Assembly: GCF_009914755.1 (NCBI RefSeq)
Contig: NC_060926.1
Reading direction: 5' to 3' (one strand)
Source of the DNA: the human T2T-CHM13v2.0 reference genome, Homo sapiens
DNA: 64,000 nucleotides
Below are positions 36,961 through 53,325 of this stretch, one piece after another. The position numbers were made by a program, and so were the translations under genes. The notes beneath the pieces are model-generated. The model made no database searches. It was not told where the DNA came from and worked only from the letters and a program-made list of their open reading frames with translations. Each line of letters begins with the position of its first letter. Position 1 is the stretch's first letter.

Positions 36961-39149
36961 ACTGGAGAGTTTCAAAGAGTTTTACTCTCTTATTTTGCAT
37001 ATGAAAACATTGTATGCAAAAGAGAGTATTGCCTAATTAAGATACATAGTAACTGCTTAAAAAACACTTTTGGAAGAAATATAAAGTCTACAAAGAAACT
37101 TAATATAGGGTTTTGAAGAATATATTTTAATTCAGTGGGAACTGGATTGTTTATGTAATAAATGTTATTGATGAGATTATTTAATCATCTGCTAGAAGAA
37201 AAGTAGGAATTTTACTTTATTTACTCACTTAAGAATAATTGTCAATCAAGTAAGTAACTAAATGAAAAGGAAAGTAGTAAATATATTGCAAGAATAATAG
37301 TAAAAATTTGAAGTGCTATAGATCTTTCTGAACAAAGAAGGTAATTCAGAATCTATAAAGTAAAAGATGGGTATATATTTATGCATACTTGTTATTGTAT
37401 GGCAAAGGATACCACAAAATAGCTTAAGACAAATAAATAACAGCTAAATATGTATATCATCATAAATTATACAGTTATTACTGCCTATAAACATGTCCTG
37501 TAAATTAAAAGACAAATATCAAACTAGATAAATGACAGTTGTCACAGACATCATTAGTCACCATCAAATATTCACCAAGTGTAGCTCGCATATTTCCCAG
37601 TCTTAGTTATAGTTAGACTGAGGCCATAGGACTAGTCATTGTGAGAAGTGATAGTTATATTTTGGAGCTAAGGCTGCCATAAGCTGTGTCTCCTCTATAA
37701 TTCTTTGCTTCTTGGAAGATTATTATTTTCATTCTCTTAATGATTAACTGGTTTTTATTTTCAGCAAGTGATGTTTTAAGGATACAGTCTTAGAAAATTT
37801 AAAATAAACAGAAAAAAGTATGCAGTTAATTATTTAATAATGCATTTTCCTTTGCTTTTGGCAAATCTAAATAATATTCCTTGAATTAATCTGAGTAGTC
37901 ACTGGATGTCACTGTTGCTTTACCACATATGACTGTTTTGTTTATAAAGACAATTATTTAAGGTATTTTCTAAATAAGCACTTTATTAAAAGAAGCAAAT
38001 CCACATCATAAATATCTGTCAATAATGTTTAGGTCAAAGCCACATACGATATCAAGAATTTTAAAACATTTCATTTTTAAATTTACATGCTATGTGTTTC
38101 TTCCTAGGCTTATAGACATGCTTCAAAGAGCATTCATTGAGGAAATTTTACAGTATTAAAGAAGTTATTTGAACAATGACTGCTTTTTCAAAATAGAGAA
38201 ATAGGCTTTAGGTTACATATGGTGCATGAATAACATTTTACAAATTAAAAATTATAACACACAAAACATTTAAAATGATATGTGCATGTATACTCAAATA
38301 TTAGAAATGTATATATTTAATATAAAATTGGAATAAGTTTATTCTATAGCTATCTTTCCACTTCAATATGATATATTTACTGAAAATTTTATGTTTAAAA
38401 TATTTTCCCTTAGGAAAAAAAAAAGTTTGAAGGAAAGTAGTTTATCACAACTACCATATAACTGCAAGAGAGTATAACTACCAGATGAAACTGTGTATAC
38501 AGATCAGCTTATTTTGCAAAGTGCTTTACGCAAAAACTGTTCCTACACTTGTGCTTCCATGCTTCGAACAGGCCCCACCCACCACCCCATTGTCTGGCTA
38601 AACTCTTCTCACCTTAATATCCTTTCCTCAGGGACTGCTATACTGAAACTTATTAGTTACATCATCTTAGGACGTTACTTTTTACTTTTTTTTATTTTAT
38701 TTTTTTCATTTACCACCCAGGTCATTACCAGTTGAATGTCTACTTACATTACTGGGCTGTAAACTTCCTGAAGGTGGCACAGTATCTGCTTTATTGATTG
38801 TTTATATCCAATAGCACATAAAAATTATACATAAACGTGTTAAATAGTAAAATTTCATGAAACAATAACCCCTTTAGCACTGTAAAAAAAAAGTTACACT
38901 AAATGTGATTCATAAACATAAAAATATTACTAAAATTTGGAAGGGAGGGATTGGGATAAAGCTCTAAATCTGAAATAAATTACATTTGTCAAATAAGCTT
39001 TCAACTATTCCCTGGATTGAAGAACATGTGAATACATATAGGGAGACTTTCAAAACTCACATCTTTTCATACAGCATTTTCTACTGTGTTCTACTTTGGA
39101 TCATAGATCTACATTTACCGTCACTGAGAAAATAATGATAAAACATTGT

Positions 39150-40030
39150 TTACATATGCCAATGATCGACTGACAGTGTTAAATTGTAACACAAAGAATA
39201 AAATAAATGTATGAAAATACATACTAACATAGATAAATGATACAATAGATAGATCATGTCGGAGAAATGACAAAACTTTCTTACCAAAGAACGATATTCA
39301 AATAGTAAATGTAGACAGAAAGAGAGAAATAGAAATTTACCATAGCAATACAAGTGTGTGACACTTTAAAGAGAAATAGCATATCTGCAAGTGTTCAAAA
39401 TATCTCCTTGAAAATATGTATTACTTACTTAGGTGATTTTTAACATATGTCCACAAATTATTTGATATCCCTCTCACAAGGAGATGATACTTAATTCCCT
39501 TCCATGTGTGCTGGAGAAACCTGTCAGGCACCGCTTAACCAAATGATGAAGGTTAATATCACTAGTAATAAGTCCTGTTGACATCATTCATATACCCCTT
39601 GATATGTGGTGAGAAAGCCACTTTAGCTTTCTGGTATTTTTTGTAAAATCCATAACTCAAGTCTAATCAAGAGGAAACACCTGACAAAGTCAAATGAAGG
39701 AATGATGTACAAAATACCTTACCAGTACTCTTCAAATGAGTCAAGGTCATGAAAGAAAAGAGAAGACTGAAAAACTGTCACAGTTTTGAGGAGACTAAAG
39801 AGCATTGTTACTAAATGCCATCTGGTATCCTGGATTGGACTATGGAATATAAAAAGGACATTAGTGGAAAAACTAGTAAAATTTAAATAAAGTCTATAGT
39901 TAAATAGCATTATGGATATTGAGGTTAATTTATTAGTTTTGTTAAAGATACCATCGTTATGTAAATATTAACAGGGAAAACTGAGTAAAGAGTATGGGAA
40001 AACATTCTGTTCTGTATCTGAATCTCCTTT
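39150..40030 (+). mobile_element. L1MC/L1MD-type 3' end
   Basis: tggagaaacctgtcaggcacc..ttaaccaaatgatgaaggttaatatcac...accagtactcttcaaa...ggtatcctggattgga...aaaggacattagtggaaaaact. Confidence 0.75.
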
Positions 40031-40675
40031 GGAAATATTTCAATTTCAAAATATTTGTAAGCAAGATATGATTATTCCTGTTACATATCTATTCCTAAAT
40101 CTGATACAAATAGCACTTCTAGTATGTTATATTAGTTACATAACATAATATTACTGAGTCTTGCAAATATGTATACAAGTTATATTGTTAGGCACCTGAC
40201 TAGATTTATATAATAAAAAATGAATCCTCTTACTTTCTTTATGCTAGGGTCTATCAGTTTTATGTTTTTTAGGCACAAAAGCAGAAATAGTTGCAGTACA
40301 GGCTATAGGTTCCTCAGAATACAGATTAATGCTGGAGTTACACAAAACTTTCCAAAGGATACAAAATTCCTTTTAGATGTTCCTGTTTTCATGAAGGAGT
40401 TGGAATTCAAGTTTGGATCTCTGTATTGCATAGAAATGCAACAAGATCAAAACATCCTGGAATTTCCAGAACAACATTATTACAGAAGGTTTCTGGGCAC
40501 CTAAAATTGACATAATAACAGGAACACAGAGTCCAAATGAAGCAGGTAAGTGAATACTTCAAAAGAAAATCACCTTTTCTTATTTGGTCCTGCGTATTTT
40601 CAAAGATTCCATAGAATTTTCAGACTGTTACTCTGATGTTTACTTGGTAGATTTTTTTTTCATGTTTCTTTACAA

Positions 40676-41720
<1,045 letters not shown>

Positions 41721-42055
41721 AAAGGCCAGAGAAAACTCCAGCAATTAAGCAAAATGAGCCACTAGACACAAAAGCTTTGAGAGGAGAACTACAAAAGATA
41801 AATTTATCATTAAAGATGAAGATTAGAAGGTTTCTGGAGACCAAAGAAACTGGAAACTGGGACAAGAAAAGTTAAGGAAAACGAGCTTGAGAGCAAGACC
41901 TTATAAAATCTTTATCAGCCCTAATTGTCTCCAGAGAAATGTGAAAAAAATACCCCTAGAATCCAGGTAAATCCAATAAGAGAGAATGTTTAATATGAAA
42001 AGTATTGATGATGCATCTTGCTCCAAGAACACTGTGACTGGAAAATGGCAGAGGG

Positions 42056-42088
<33 letters not shown>

Positions 42089-43549
42089 CAATAATTGCTT
42101 TAGAAACCCCATCATCATAATGGAAAGAGATTCCTGCTCCGCTCAACAAGGCACTCAGGTCTCAGCTGAGTTTGAGTCCAGAGACAGTTACAGCAACTCA
42201 CCCCACCTTTCCAGACCCACCTATATGGACTCATATTTGGGCCACTTCCAACCTTTTGAGGTGTGATTTAATAGCTTGACACTAAAACATTCCCTGAATG
42301 ACTCCCTCAGAAAGTTAGACTGAAAAGCCCTCAGATTTCATCCAGATAAGCAACCTCATGGTAAAAGTCCAACTCCAGAAGACAGAAGCACATGGTTTAA
42401 GTCTCTGTTGTGTTTCTAGTAAGCTGTGACCTACTGGATCCAAATCTTTTCATAGACTTTAATCCTCTAACCAAATCTTTAGCTATAAACATGAGCTTTC
42501 ACAGATAAAGTGAAAATGACCAAACAGTGGCTAAAAAAAAAAAAAAAAAAAAAAAGAAAAAGAAAATCACCAGGATTCAAAACACTCTCATAATATAAAT
42601 GTTTTCTTATCTATGATCCTTTATTCTTTAATAAACATTCCATACAACAAGTAATTATAGATAATTACTATAATTAGTAGTAGCTAGAGCTAATGGCCTT
42701 GGTCTGTGGTGTGCAATATAGACACATGTACAGACACATGAAACATTGTCCTCTCTGTGCACTGAAGTACCTATTAGTGGCAATCATTGTTGGTCCTTGG
42801 AGGATGATTTTTGCAAGAGTCTTCTAAAATACAGACTGAAAAAATTGACATACTGTAAGTCATAGTTATAAAACATATAAGAAAATATGTATTTATGCAC
42901 AGTTAATTAGATGTTTTGTCCCACTGAATACTTACGCTGGCAAACACTTGTATCTTAAACTAACCAAACAAAAACTATCACCTCACAGTTTACAAGAGAC
43001 TGCAATAAAATTCACAGTACATGCTAGAGTTTATATGACAGAGTTATATAGAAAATTTGAGCTCATTTTAAAGACTAAATATTTTGAAATGGACAAAAAG
43101 GAAAATCAAAATTATATGAATTATTGTGTTGTTAACCTCAGTAATGTAGATTCAAAAGTAGTCGTGAAATGTCCCTTTTCCCTTTTGTAATAAAATCACA
43201 CTGATAAAATTCTGGTCTACACTAATAGGACCTGTGGCTTTTTTAAAGGACAGGTAGTGTTTAATACAGATTCTAGAAAGTGACTTGGGTCACTATCTCT
43301 TTCATGGTAATGTTGACTTCAAAATTATTGCATACTGCAATCTTGCTTGTCATGGTAAATGTGTGAATACATTTTAGTGATATTAATAACAAAATAACAA
43401 TGAGATTTTTGTCTTGCAAATACCTATAATTAATTTTTTATTGATAGACTATTGCCATTGGTATAAATTATGTAACATATGTAGAAAAAATAAAGTATAA
43501 TAGGATCAAATTTGTATTATAATAGTAGGCAAAGGAAAGAAACTGACCA

Positions 43550-43730
43550 CATATCTGAGAAATAAAAAACATATAAATATAGGTGATGGAGAAAGGTTTT
43601 AAGGAATTCAAACTACTTACCATGAATAGTAAAGCACACATATATCATATCTGAGAAATAAGAAATATATAAATACAGGTGATGTAGAAAGCATTTAGGG
43701 AATTCAAGCTACTTACCATGTACAGTAAGG
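43550..43730. repeat. Tandem duplication, 96-bp period, two diverged copies
   Basis: catatctgagaaataa...aggtgatg.agaaag...ggaattcaa.ctacttaccatg.a.agtaa at 43550 and 43646. Confidence 0.9.
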
Positions 43731-44698
43731 TAGAAATACAAGAGTTTGGTACTGGTATTAATGATAGCACTTTTTAATATAACACTAGTCTGTGGAAGAC
43801 TGTTAATTTCTCCCACTATTAGGGTGGCCATATAATTTATGGTTCTCTAAAAGTCAAAGGGTCTTAAATCTGAAGAGATTCTGGAAGAACAGGTGTGCTT
43901 AACTTGTGCAGCAAAGTGGGATATGCGGTCATCCCTCTTAAGATTCATTCTCTACTAATTTTATAATAATGACATTTTAAAACCAGAGTCATGTCTTGCC
44001 AAACAAAGATTACTTTTTCCAGCTTCCCTTAAAGTTACATGCAGCCATGTGTTTAATTCTGCTGTCTGGAATATCACTGGTGGTAAACTATTTTATATCA
44101 GATAGACAAGGGCATGAACTAAGAATGGCAAAGAGTGTGGAAGGAGCTTCATATCATGTCATGATATCATAACTAACATTCCTGATTTTTATGGAATAGA
44201 GTCACGTAACAGCCAAGTTTTTTAATGAGATAAACTTATATGTCCTTTTAAACTACTGTTATTATATGTCTGCCATCTGCAACTTAACTTATCCTCACAT
44301 AAAAACACAAAATATAATAATATGCCTAATAGAACATATATAGCAAAGAATAAAAATGTATAGCAAAAATATTTTTTCAGACTATTGGAAATAGTAAGAT
44401 GTATTGCTTTAGATAATTATTAATTTCTTTAGAGTAACAACCTAGGAAATAAGTGGAAAGCATGTATATGGGAATCCAAGCAATTAAATTAATCAATAAG
44501 ATATGAAGTAATGTATTAATTTTAGGAAAATTATGGTGACCAAAGAGTAACTGAATCAACCAATCTATATCTGTCTGTCTGTCTATCTACCTGAGACAAA
44601 AATGTTGTTACTAGAAAATTTGCATACTCAGCCAACATTGAATAGAATAAATTCAATAAAATTAATATGATCAAACATGTATGTCCATGTAGCTGATA

Positions 44699-45065
44699 CA
44701 GGTTGTGTATCACTTATTCAAAAATGCTTGGGACCAGAAGAAATCGTTCAGATCTTAGATTTGTTTGTATTTTGTAATATTTACATCTACATAATAAGCT
44801 ATCTTGAAGACAGAACCCAAGTCTAAACATGAAATACATTTATGTTTCATATACACCTTATACACATCGCCTGAAAGTAATTTTATAATGCTATTTAAAT
44901 AATTATGTGCATGAAACAAATTTTTAACTGCATTTCTGTTGTAACCCATCATATGAGATCAGGTGTGAAATTTTTCACTTCTGATGTAATGTTAGCACTC
45001 AAAACGTTTTGGATTCTTTTTAGCATTTCGAATTTTCGGTTTTCAGATTAGGGATCCTCATCCTG
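44699..45065 (+). mobile_element. Tigger4b/Zombi-type TcMar MITE
   Basis: TA-flanked; TIRs caggttgtgtatcactta / tagggatcctcatcctg; internal acccaagtctaaacatgaaat...cataTACACCTTATACACAT. Confidence 0.85.
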
Positions 45066-45451
45066 TATAATTAATTACTACCCTAATTAATGCTTGATTA
45101 TATATTATAAAGCAGGAAATCAATGCAAAACATGTATAGCAATATAATGTATCTTAAAATGCAGCTTATGTTTTTCTCGATTTATTTTCTTATATTTTGA
45201 TAAGACCAATGCTAAATTACTTTGAAGACTACTTTTGCTATGCAATCTATTATGTTCCAAAAGCTAGTCATTGTTTTGCCTCTCTACCCTCAAAATCACT
45301 CCCCATGCCTTATATTTTATATAATCTTGTAATTTATAAAATGTTTTTGTATCCATACATGATCTTGATTGGTTGACAAGCAAGTTTCAAGCTTTGGCAT
45401 GCATTTTATGTATTTCTTCATACAAACAACCTAAACACGTTGGATTAAATA

Positions 45452-45648
45452 GGTGTCAACAAGTTTTTCTTTAAAGAGCCATATAATTATCTGTGGACCA
45501 CATGAAGTTCTTGTTGAATATTATTGTTATTAATATTATTATTATCATTTCTTAGAAATATAAAACATTTAACTTTTCAGCTCAAAGTCCCATACATAAA
45601 TAGTTTGCAAGTTGGATTTGGCATGTGGTTTGCAGTTTCCCAGCCCTG
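45452..45648 (+). mobile_element. MER58-like hAT-Charlie relic
   Basis: aggtgtcaacaagtttttctttaaagagcca ... ggatttggcatgtgg...agtttcccagccctg. Confidence 0.6.
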
Positions 45649-46075
45649 GTTTAAAATGACACCATTTTATTTCCTTATAATTCTGTGGATCAGAAATTTG
45701 GGCTGGATTTAGCGAGGCTATTATTTTGCTGGTCTCACCTGAGGTCACTGTTAATGGTTGTGGTCAACTGACAGCTCAACTGTTACTGTATGGTCTCAGA
45801 CAGGCTGATTCACATGTCGGGGGTTGGTGCTGGTTGTACAGTGTGCTGCTTTCTCTAAGTGGTCTCTCTCATCCTCAGGAGGCTGGCCCCAACTTCTTCA
45901 CATAGTTTTCTCCAGGCCCTAAGAGGGAAATACGGGGAGCTGCAAGTAACAAGACTAGCCTTGTTTCAAAGGGTGGAGAAATGGACACCGCCTATTGATA
46001 GGAGAGTTCAAAGCCACATTATAAAGAAGTATGTATACATAGACAGGAGTTATTATAGTAGTTATCTTTATAAGC
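45649..46075 (-). mobile_element. MLT1-family LTR fragment
   Basis: ataattctgtggatcagaaatttgggctgg...ctctctcatcctcaggaggct...ttcaaagggtggagaaatggacacc. Confidence 0.65.
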
Positions 46076-46752
46076 AATATTTCAATTTTTAAAGATCTTG
46101 AAACTTTATCATTTTTTTGTTTAGTAATAATACTTTTTCCTGGAAGGGAGTCATTTGACAAACTAAACATAAATCCCAATTTACTAATTTTCATAGGATT
46201 TATGACTGCTAGGTAGTCCAGAATGCTTGTGCCAGCCAAAATAATATTTTTTTCTCCATAGACAATCAAAACAAAAGACATTTTTTCTTAATTTTTAAGA
46301 AGGAAATAGGATTGTGTTTGAAGTGGGAGACATGAGGTATGAGTAGGGGTAGTTAAATTTTTTAGTGGTTACTATCTTTGGGACAGATGCTGTGAATTGG
46401 ATCTCTCAGCATACCTGATAGCTTCCCATTAGCCTGTCTTCCCTTGCTGCAGAAGAATGAAACACCGTCACAGAATTTCCAGACTCCCCTGAAGCTAATG
46501 TCACCTCCTAACTACTACTACTACCAGTGCTAGAATAAATTGGGAATCACACAGGATGAGATTAGCTAATTATTCAAGCACTATGGTGATGGTGCTTCCA
46601 AACATACCTCGGAAAACCTCTGGCACCCAACCTGACCTATAAATTCAATATAATTAAAATGAACATTCCTGGAGAAGTTTTGTAGAATTTGTCCACTTGA
46701 TTTAAAATTTTTCATGTAAGAGTTAATGCCCACAGGTAGATAAGAGTTTTGA

Positions 46753-47063
<311 letters not shown>

Positions 47064-47479
47064 ACTTTCTTTATCAGATATTAAGACATACTGCAAGGAT
47101 ATAATAAGAATAATGTCATGATATTTGCATGTGACCAGAAAACAAGAACAATGTAACAAAATAGGCTATAAAATTGTCCTATGAATATAGGGAAATTATA
47201 TGTGATTGGTATGGCTTAATAAATTTGTAAGGAAATAATGGTTTGTCTTAAGAGGTGAGGATTGAGAAACTTGCTTCCATCTACAGAAAAATAAAGCTTT
47301 TCTGTACCTCACAACAGTATAACAGTGAACATTAAATGGACCCAAGGCGTCAATGTGAAAGGTTAAACACACTTTCAATAGAAAAAAAAGACATTACCAT
47401 AATGCGAAGAAGTATTGTTACTTAAGTCTCCCAAGAATGAAATAGGTTTACTCATATTTCTCTTTCGTGAAGGGCACAA

Positions 47480-48400
47480 TAGAGAATTCAAGAGGTGAAT
47501 TACAGACTGGGAGAGGATGATGGAAACAAAGAGACTAGAAATTAAAATATACAGGAAAATCTTGTCCATTAATAAGAAAAAGACAGTAAATTAGAAGGAA
47601 AATGTGCAAAAGATATAAATACTTATCAGAAATATTTTCTGATGGCTAATCTATTAATGAGAAGATGTTTAACTTCACTAATAATCAAATAATTAAATGT
47701 AATTGAAACATCAATGTTATAGGGTGACTATTCATTTAGGTTTGCTTAGTTTAATCTCAGCTTATGATTGCAATCTCTTTGCAGTTATTATCTCTTAACT
47801 ATCAAAAGTGATCCTGCTTTGGATAGATAAAATATATATTTTCTTAATAGCTATCATGTCCTATGCATCAGATATGAAAAAAATGGCAAGTGAATTAACA
47901 CCAAGAATTGGTGAGAATATAGAGAATGGAAAGCAAGGTTATCTTGCTGATATAAGTGTAAACTAGAAAAGCCATTATGAAGGGCAAACTACCAATTCTT
48001 AGTAGATTTGTGCCTGCGTGTTTCCTGTGACACTGAAATCCTGCAAGAGCATATGGCCAAGGGACACTCTCATTATCTGTTATTCCATGGCTGTTTGTGG
48101 TAGCAGGGAACTGAGGGCACCTAAGGTGTATTTAAATAGGAAAATGGAAATATGGATTGTAATGGAATACTGTGCAGAAGTTAGGACAAAGAACTAGATA
48201 AACATACAAAAAGGATCTTAAAATTTAGTGTTAAATTTAAAATTTGAAAAAAAATGTATAGGTGAATATCATTTGTCCAAATTAAAATCACATGCATCAA
48301 GTGACACTATTTTTTTTAATGAAAGTACATGCATATTAAAATCTATACTAAACACATCAGTGTGGTTAGCGAGGGGAGGTGAGTACAGAGGGAAAAACTA
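47480..48400 (+). mobile_element. Ancient L1M-type 3' fragment(s)
   Basis: gaaaatgtgcaaaagatataaa...aagatgtttaacttcactaataatcaa...tgtaaactag..agccattatg...aatggaatactgtgcag; approximate. Confidence 0.55.
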
Positions 48401-49319
48401 ACAATGAGGGGAAAACAAATGTGAGTGAAAGAGCCTTGTACAGATGATATTACTGTCACAAGAGATGAAGGGTACACTTACTTTTGTCCCTTACATGATG
48501 GTAACTTATGTATAGATAGTGTATATATGTATACATGTGACATTCACATATATATATGTATGGTTTATAATGTTAAATATTTTACTGTGCAAGAAATTAA
48601 TTTCTTATAAGTTTATTTCTTTATTTCCTGAATGACTTAGCAATTAGCTTTTTTTTTTCTTTACTTTTCTTGAGCTTTTACCTCTCAGTAGTAAGACTAC
48701 ATAGTCATTTATTTATTTATTTATTTATTTTTCCATCAATTATTGGAACTATTTCTTTAATCTCTAATTCTTCATAAGATGCCCAGGAATAGACAAAGTT
48801 ATTTTAAATATTTGTTTGAAACTCAATTTAAATTTTAAAGAAAAACATAGTAGTATTGATATTTACTGTGAAATCAATTAATTACAGCAGACTAACATTG
48901 ATCAGTTATAAAAACACTTTGAATTTATTTTTTGACAATGTAAATCAATTGCTGAAACACCAGCAATGAACCTTATAGATTGATTCTTCTATATTTTAAT
49001 TGGCTTGGCTGTGTTTGCATTCGGATTTTGTGAAAATAGGATATAATAAGGAGAAGCATAGTTCAACAAGTAAAAGTATAAATGAGTTATTGACATCAGA
49101 TTTCTCTAACTCAAAATTCTCACAAAACATACAGAGTATGGTTGATATTATTCTAGCAATAAAACAAATATGTTCGTACAAATGAAATATGTTCATTAAG
49201 GGGTTGTCCTGCTAATTTTTCTAACATTTACTGATCACCCAGCGTTGACTCTTCTAATTGCTTTATATTTATCACCCTCATTTAATCATCATAGTAGCTC
49301 AATAAATTAATGATTAGTA

Positions 49320-49820
49320 TGAGTTCGATTGAGGACAAAGGCGATCCTTCCATGTAATTTAAGTGGAGATTTAATACAGAAAGTGGGTGGTTATAGAACT
49401 ATGGAAAGGGTTGAAGAATCCGTCATTAAGTTGGGTCCCAAAGAATCACTTTTGGTAAAACACCGGATAGCCAGATAGAATCACACTCCCTTAGTCACAA
49501 TCTTGCAGCAAGGTAATAATCAGAAGAATTGATGGCTCTAGGGATCCACTGCCATGGCTGGAGACTAGGAATCAGAAAGCTGCTGACCAGCGGTTGACTT
49601 CTACTTAATCTACTGAAAGAAAACAGGCACCTTAGGCTTAGCCTATCTTCTCTAGTGATTTACTTCCTAAGTCGCAGTCACCAAAAAATGCATCTCTTTA
49701 GAATTATTTAAATGACATCCAAAGCCATAGTTGCAAGGAATCTGGGAAATGTACTTTGTTACTTTCCTGCCTATGTACATTAAACAGAGGTTGGAAAGCA
49801 TGTTAAGTACGCCAGTGCTG
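49320..49820 (-). mobile_element. Old MaLR/ERVL LTR (MLT1-late or LTR67-like)
   Basis: gatttaatacagaaa...; atagttgcaaggaatctgggaaatgta 3' motif; approximate. Confidence 0.45.
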
Positions 49821-52800
49821 AGGAACAGACTTAGAGTTTTGTCAAAACCACATATTGAGTTAATGTCTTGCAATTAAAACACATGTTCCTCTTATAGTAA
49901 TTGTCACAGAAACATTTTCAATTGTAGAAAACTTTAATAAAAAGCACCAGTTTTCTAAGAAAGGCAAGACATTTTAAGATAAATAGCAAAAACTATATTG
50001 ATGACAAAAGTGTGTTTATGTGTAAATGATTGACTAATATAAAGTTGGTTATTCATATAACCTCCTACTTTTAAAACTAGACAGCGTCTGGAACATCCCA
50101 AGTTCTTAAAATGCTGCAATAAATAGCAGTATTTGTATATAAAAATATGTGACTTCCTAGCTTAAAACATCTATAAAACTAGATTTTAGAATATAATTTT
50201 GATTAATTTTGCATTTGCTAAAATTTTGACTAAAAGCTAAGGCATCGATTTTTATTAACCCATCAAATTGATGTTTGTCGATTTCAGTTTGACTTCTGAA
50301 GTAGTCAATGTTATTTATTTCTTTTTAGAAATTTAGAATATAAACATGGCATAAAGTTGTACTTTTATTTTAAAGACGAGCTCAATTTGTTACATCAAAT
50401 AGTGACTAAAATTAAATGTTACATGTCTACATCTACACCCACATTCATATCTATGGCCATATCCATTTATCTTTCTATTTGTCTATCACTATTCACACAA
50501 ATACCTTCAATTCATACCATACATTGCTTTTGTCAATGCCATAATTATTGTTTTACTCTCTATTTAGTAATCGTGAGATCTACATGGAACATGGTTTAAA
50601 AGATGAGCTATTATAGGATTTCATTATTTTTTAGGGAGTTCTGTTCAATGTTTTTTAAAAATAAACATTTGTGTAATAAAAGTTACTTTAAAACTCCTTG
50701 GTATAAGAGCAGTAAGTCTGTAGCTTTTTCAGAGATTAGAGAAAACAGTTGGTTTAAGCTAAAAACTTGTGCTAGTTTCAAGAGTGCGAGCACCAATATA
50801 AGGGAAAATAAATATTATTTGATTTCTAAAATATGAGACATTACATTGATAGATAAAATTACATTATAAAATTCGTTTCATATTTTGTGTATCCAGAAAG
50901 ACAAAAATTGAAATGCAGTGGAATATGAATAAGGTCAGGAATACTTAAAGCAATGTCAGGTTTTGATATTAGAGGCAAACTAATTCTTATCATTTAGCAG
51001 AGTAAAAGTAAGTTGTTTGAGTTTCTATAAATTAGCTATGCTATTTATGAATAATTTACAGCATACCTATATATTTGTAAATTTTGTTTTTTTAAGAAAA
51101 CATATTCTTCATAACGGTGCTATCAATTCCATCTCCAACTCAAATTGGAATCCAAAATCTTAAAACACAAAATCTTAAGAGTAAAACACTGTATGATCAG
51201 GACCAACCAGTTCTGATGATAAATCTATTAACCTGTCTCATATTTACATCTACTTATTCTGTCACAATATCTAAGATTTTTAAAAATTAAGACCTTATGA
51301 AAACAAACTTAAAAATGAAAAAGACGTGTTAATAATCACAACACTCTCAATAGCATTTAACTGTACATTAATACTGTATGAGCTAATGTAATAATATATA
51401 TTTATGTATAGTTCTCTCCACATTAAGAACCTAACATACCCTTAGTCAGGTGTGAATACTAGAACAATCTTACACCACCGCCAGAGGTTGTTCTTTGTTT
51501 CTGAAATTAATAAAATGCTTCTGATTTCTTTTTGTTCTGTGTTGTTCTTTGTACATGCTGATTTGTGTGGTCATGTCTTTTTCTCGTATGGGAACCATTA
51601 TTTTCAGCAGAAAAGTCCTTATAATCTATTACATCTCATTGTTTACTTTTAGAAAAATGTTTGTTAATTCTATTGTTCCAAGTTCTTGCACATACATATT
51701 CCCTTGACCAAAACTATATGTCTCATTAATTCTATATAACATTGGTTTCTATATTTTTAGATTTTTATGGTCAAGTTACATTTTATTTAAAAATCAGATG
51801 CTTTATAGAGAATATAAGCTTTTGATTTTTCTGAAGTGAATGGAATGACTATTTTTAAAAATGAAAGAAGGAATATTTCAACAAACAAAAGGAAGGAAAA
51901 GCACAATCTGAGAATTAAAAAGTGATTATCTAAAAGGAATAATTGCAGCTTAATGAAAAACTATAGTATCATTAGTTTTCTTATTTTGATTTGAAATATT
52001 ATTTAAAAATCACAAACACCCAACTGACATATTAGAATCACTGATCTGTAACATTATTTAAGATCATTAATTTGTCTCATTGCCTCATTATACCCCCAAC
52101 TTGACATAACCCAAGACCGGCAAATTCTGTGGACATGGGCTCATTGCTACACTTCCTTTATCACAAAAGTGCCCTCCTGGAACTATTAGTTCAGGGGTGC
52201 CACTTATTAACATTTGACTCATAAATATAATGTATATTTGTGCTGAGAGATATGAGAGAAAGAGAGTTAGCAAGATTTAAAAGAACCTATTAAAGCCTAC
52301 TAAAGAATGTTAAGCATTTTGGAAACTGTTTCATAACAACCTAATTGTTGGATAATGTATTCTAAAAATTTGTGTTTGTCTGTACCATAATGGTACAAGA
52401 CTGTAATGAAATAGGTCCCATCACACCTTCCTCTTGCTTGTCAAGTTATATAAAATTTTCAAATGCCTATACATTCTATGGTAAATAAGTTTAGTAGAAC
52501 ATTTGGATTTCCTAATAAATTCTGGCCCCAATATAGAATATTAAGATACATTTGTCATGAATTAGCTTTTTAATTTTTTTATTAAGGGGAGATAAATTTT
52601 ACATTATTTATGCAATACCATGCAAGGGAAAGAGGTATTCTATGGAAGATTTAGTTACGAAATGAGCAATTTCTTGAATACTAAATATAGAACAAAATTG
52701 TGCTTATCTTCAAAAATAGGTTATTCATATGAATAGTGGGTTTTGGCTTTAAAACTCAGAAAGCTGTAAATAAAAATTAATATAGATTTTCAGTTTGAAA

Positions 52801-53074
52801 ATCTCAAATGCCCTATGACATAATAGTTAACTAGTGAATATGACACTGTGTTGCAAATAAGAGATGTAAGGATACATGATTTAAAATATATCAAAACAGG
52901 GTTTGTATATGTGCCCTCGGAAAATAGCAACCTCATCTTCCAAATTGGCTTTACTTCCTTCAGAGTCCAGGCTAACTCTTATTCTTTTGATTTTCTCATC
53001 AAAAGCAATGAAGATCTGAAAATATACTCAATATCCTCTGCTGGGATTCTTCACAGTTGGTATTAAAATCTTAA

Positions 53075-53325
53075 GGGAGAGAATATGAATTTTTGAGTTT
53101 GACAGATCTGGGTTTTAATCTTGCCTTAACAACTCTGGGACCTCTGTCAAGTTACATAAACTCACTAAGACTGAGATTTCCGTCTGTAAAGTGAAAACAC
53201 AATATCAGGTTTGATGTCTAGCTTTAACATTCACCAGCTGTATGACTTTGGTAAAATCATCTCAACACTGTGTGGCTCATTTCTTCTCTGTAAAATGGTG
53301 AGAATGATAACACTTCCTTCCCTAG
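53075..53325 (+). mobile_element. Two adjacent MIR core fragments
   Basis: gacagatctgggttttaatc...aagttacataaactc...tctgtaaagtg; accagctgtatgactttggtaaaatca...tctgtaaaatgg. Confidence 0.65.

Noticed and set aside
42058-42565. Poly(T)25 and poly(A)23 tracts ~470 bp apart as ends of an insertion
   Set aside because: No TSD or recognisable element body; treated as independent homopolymers.
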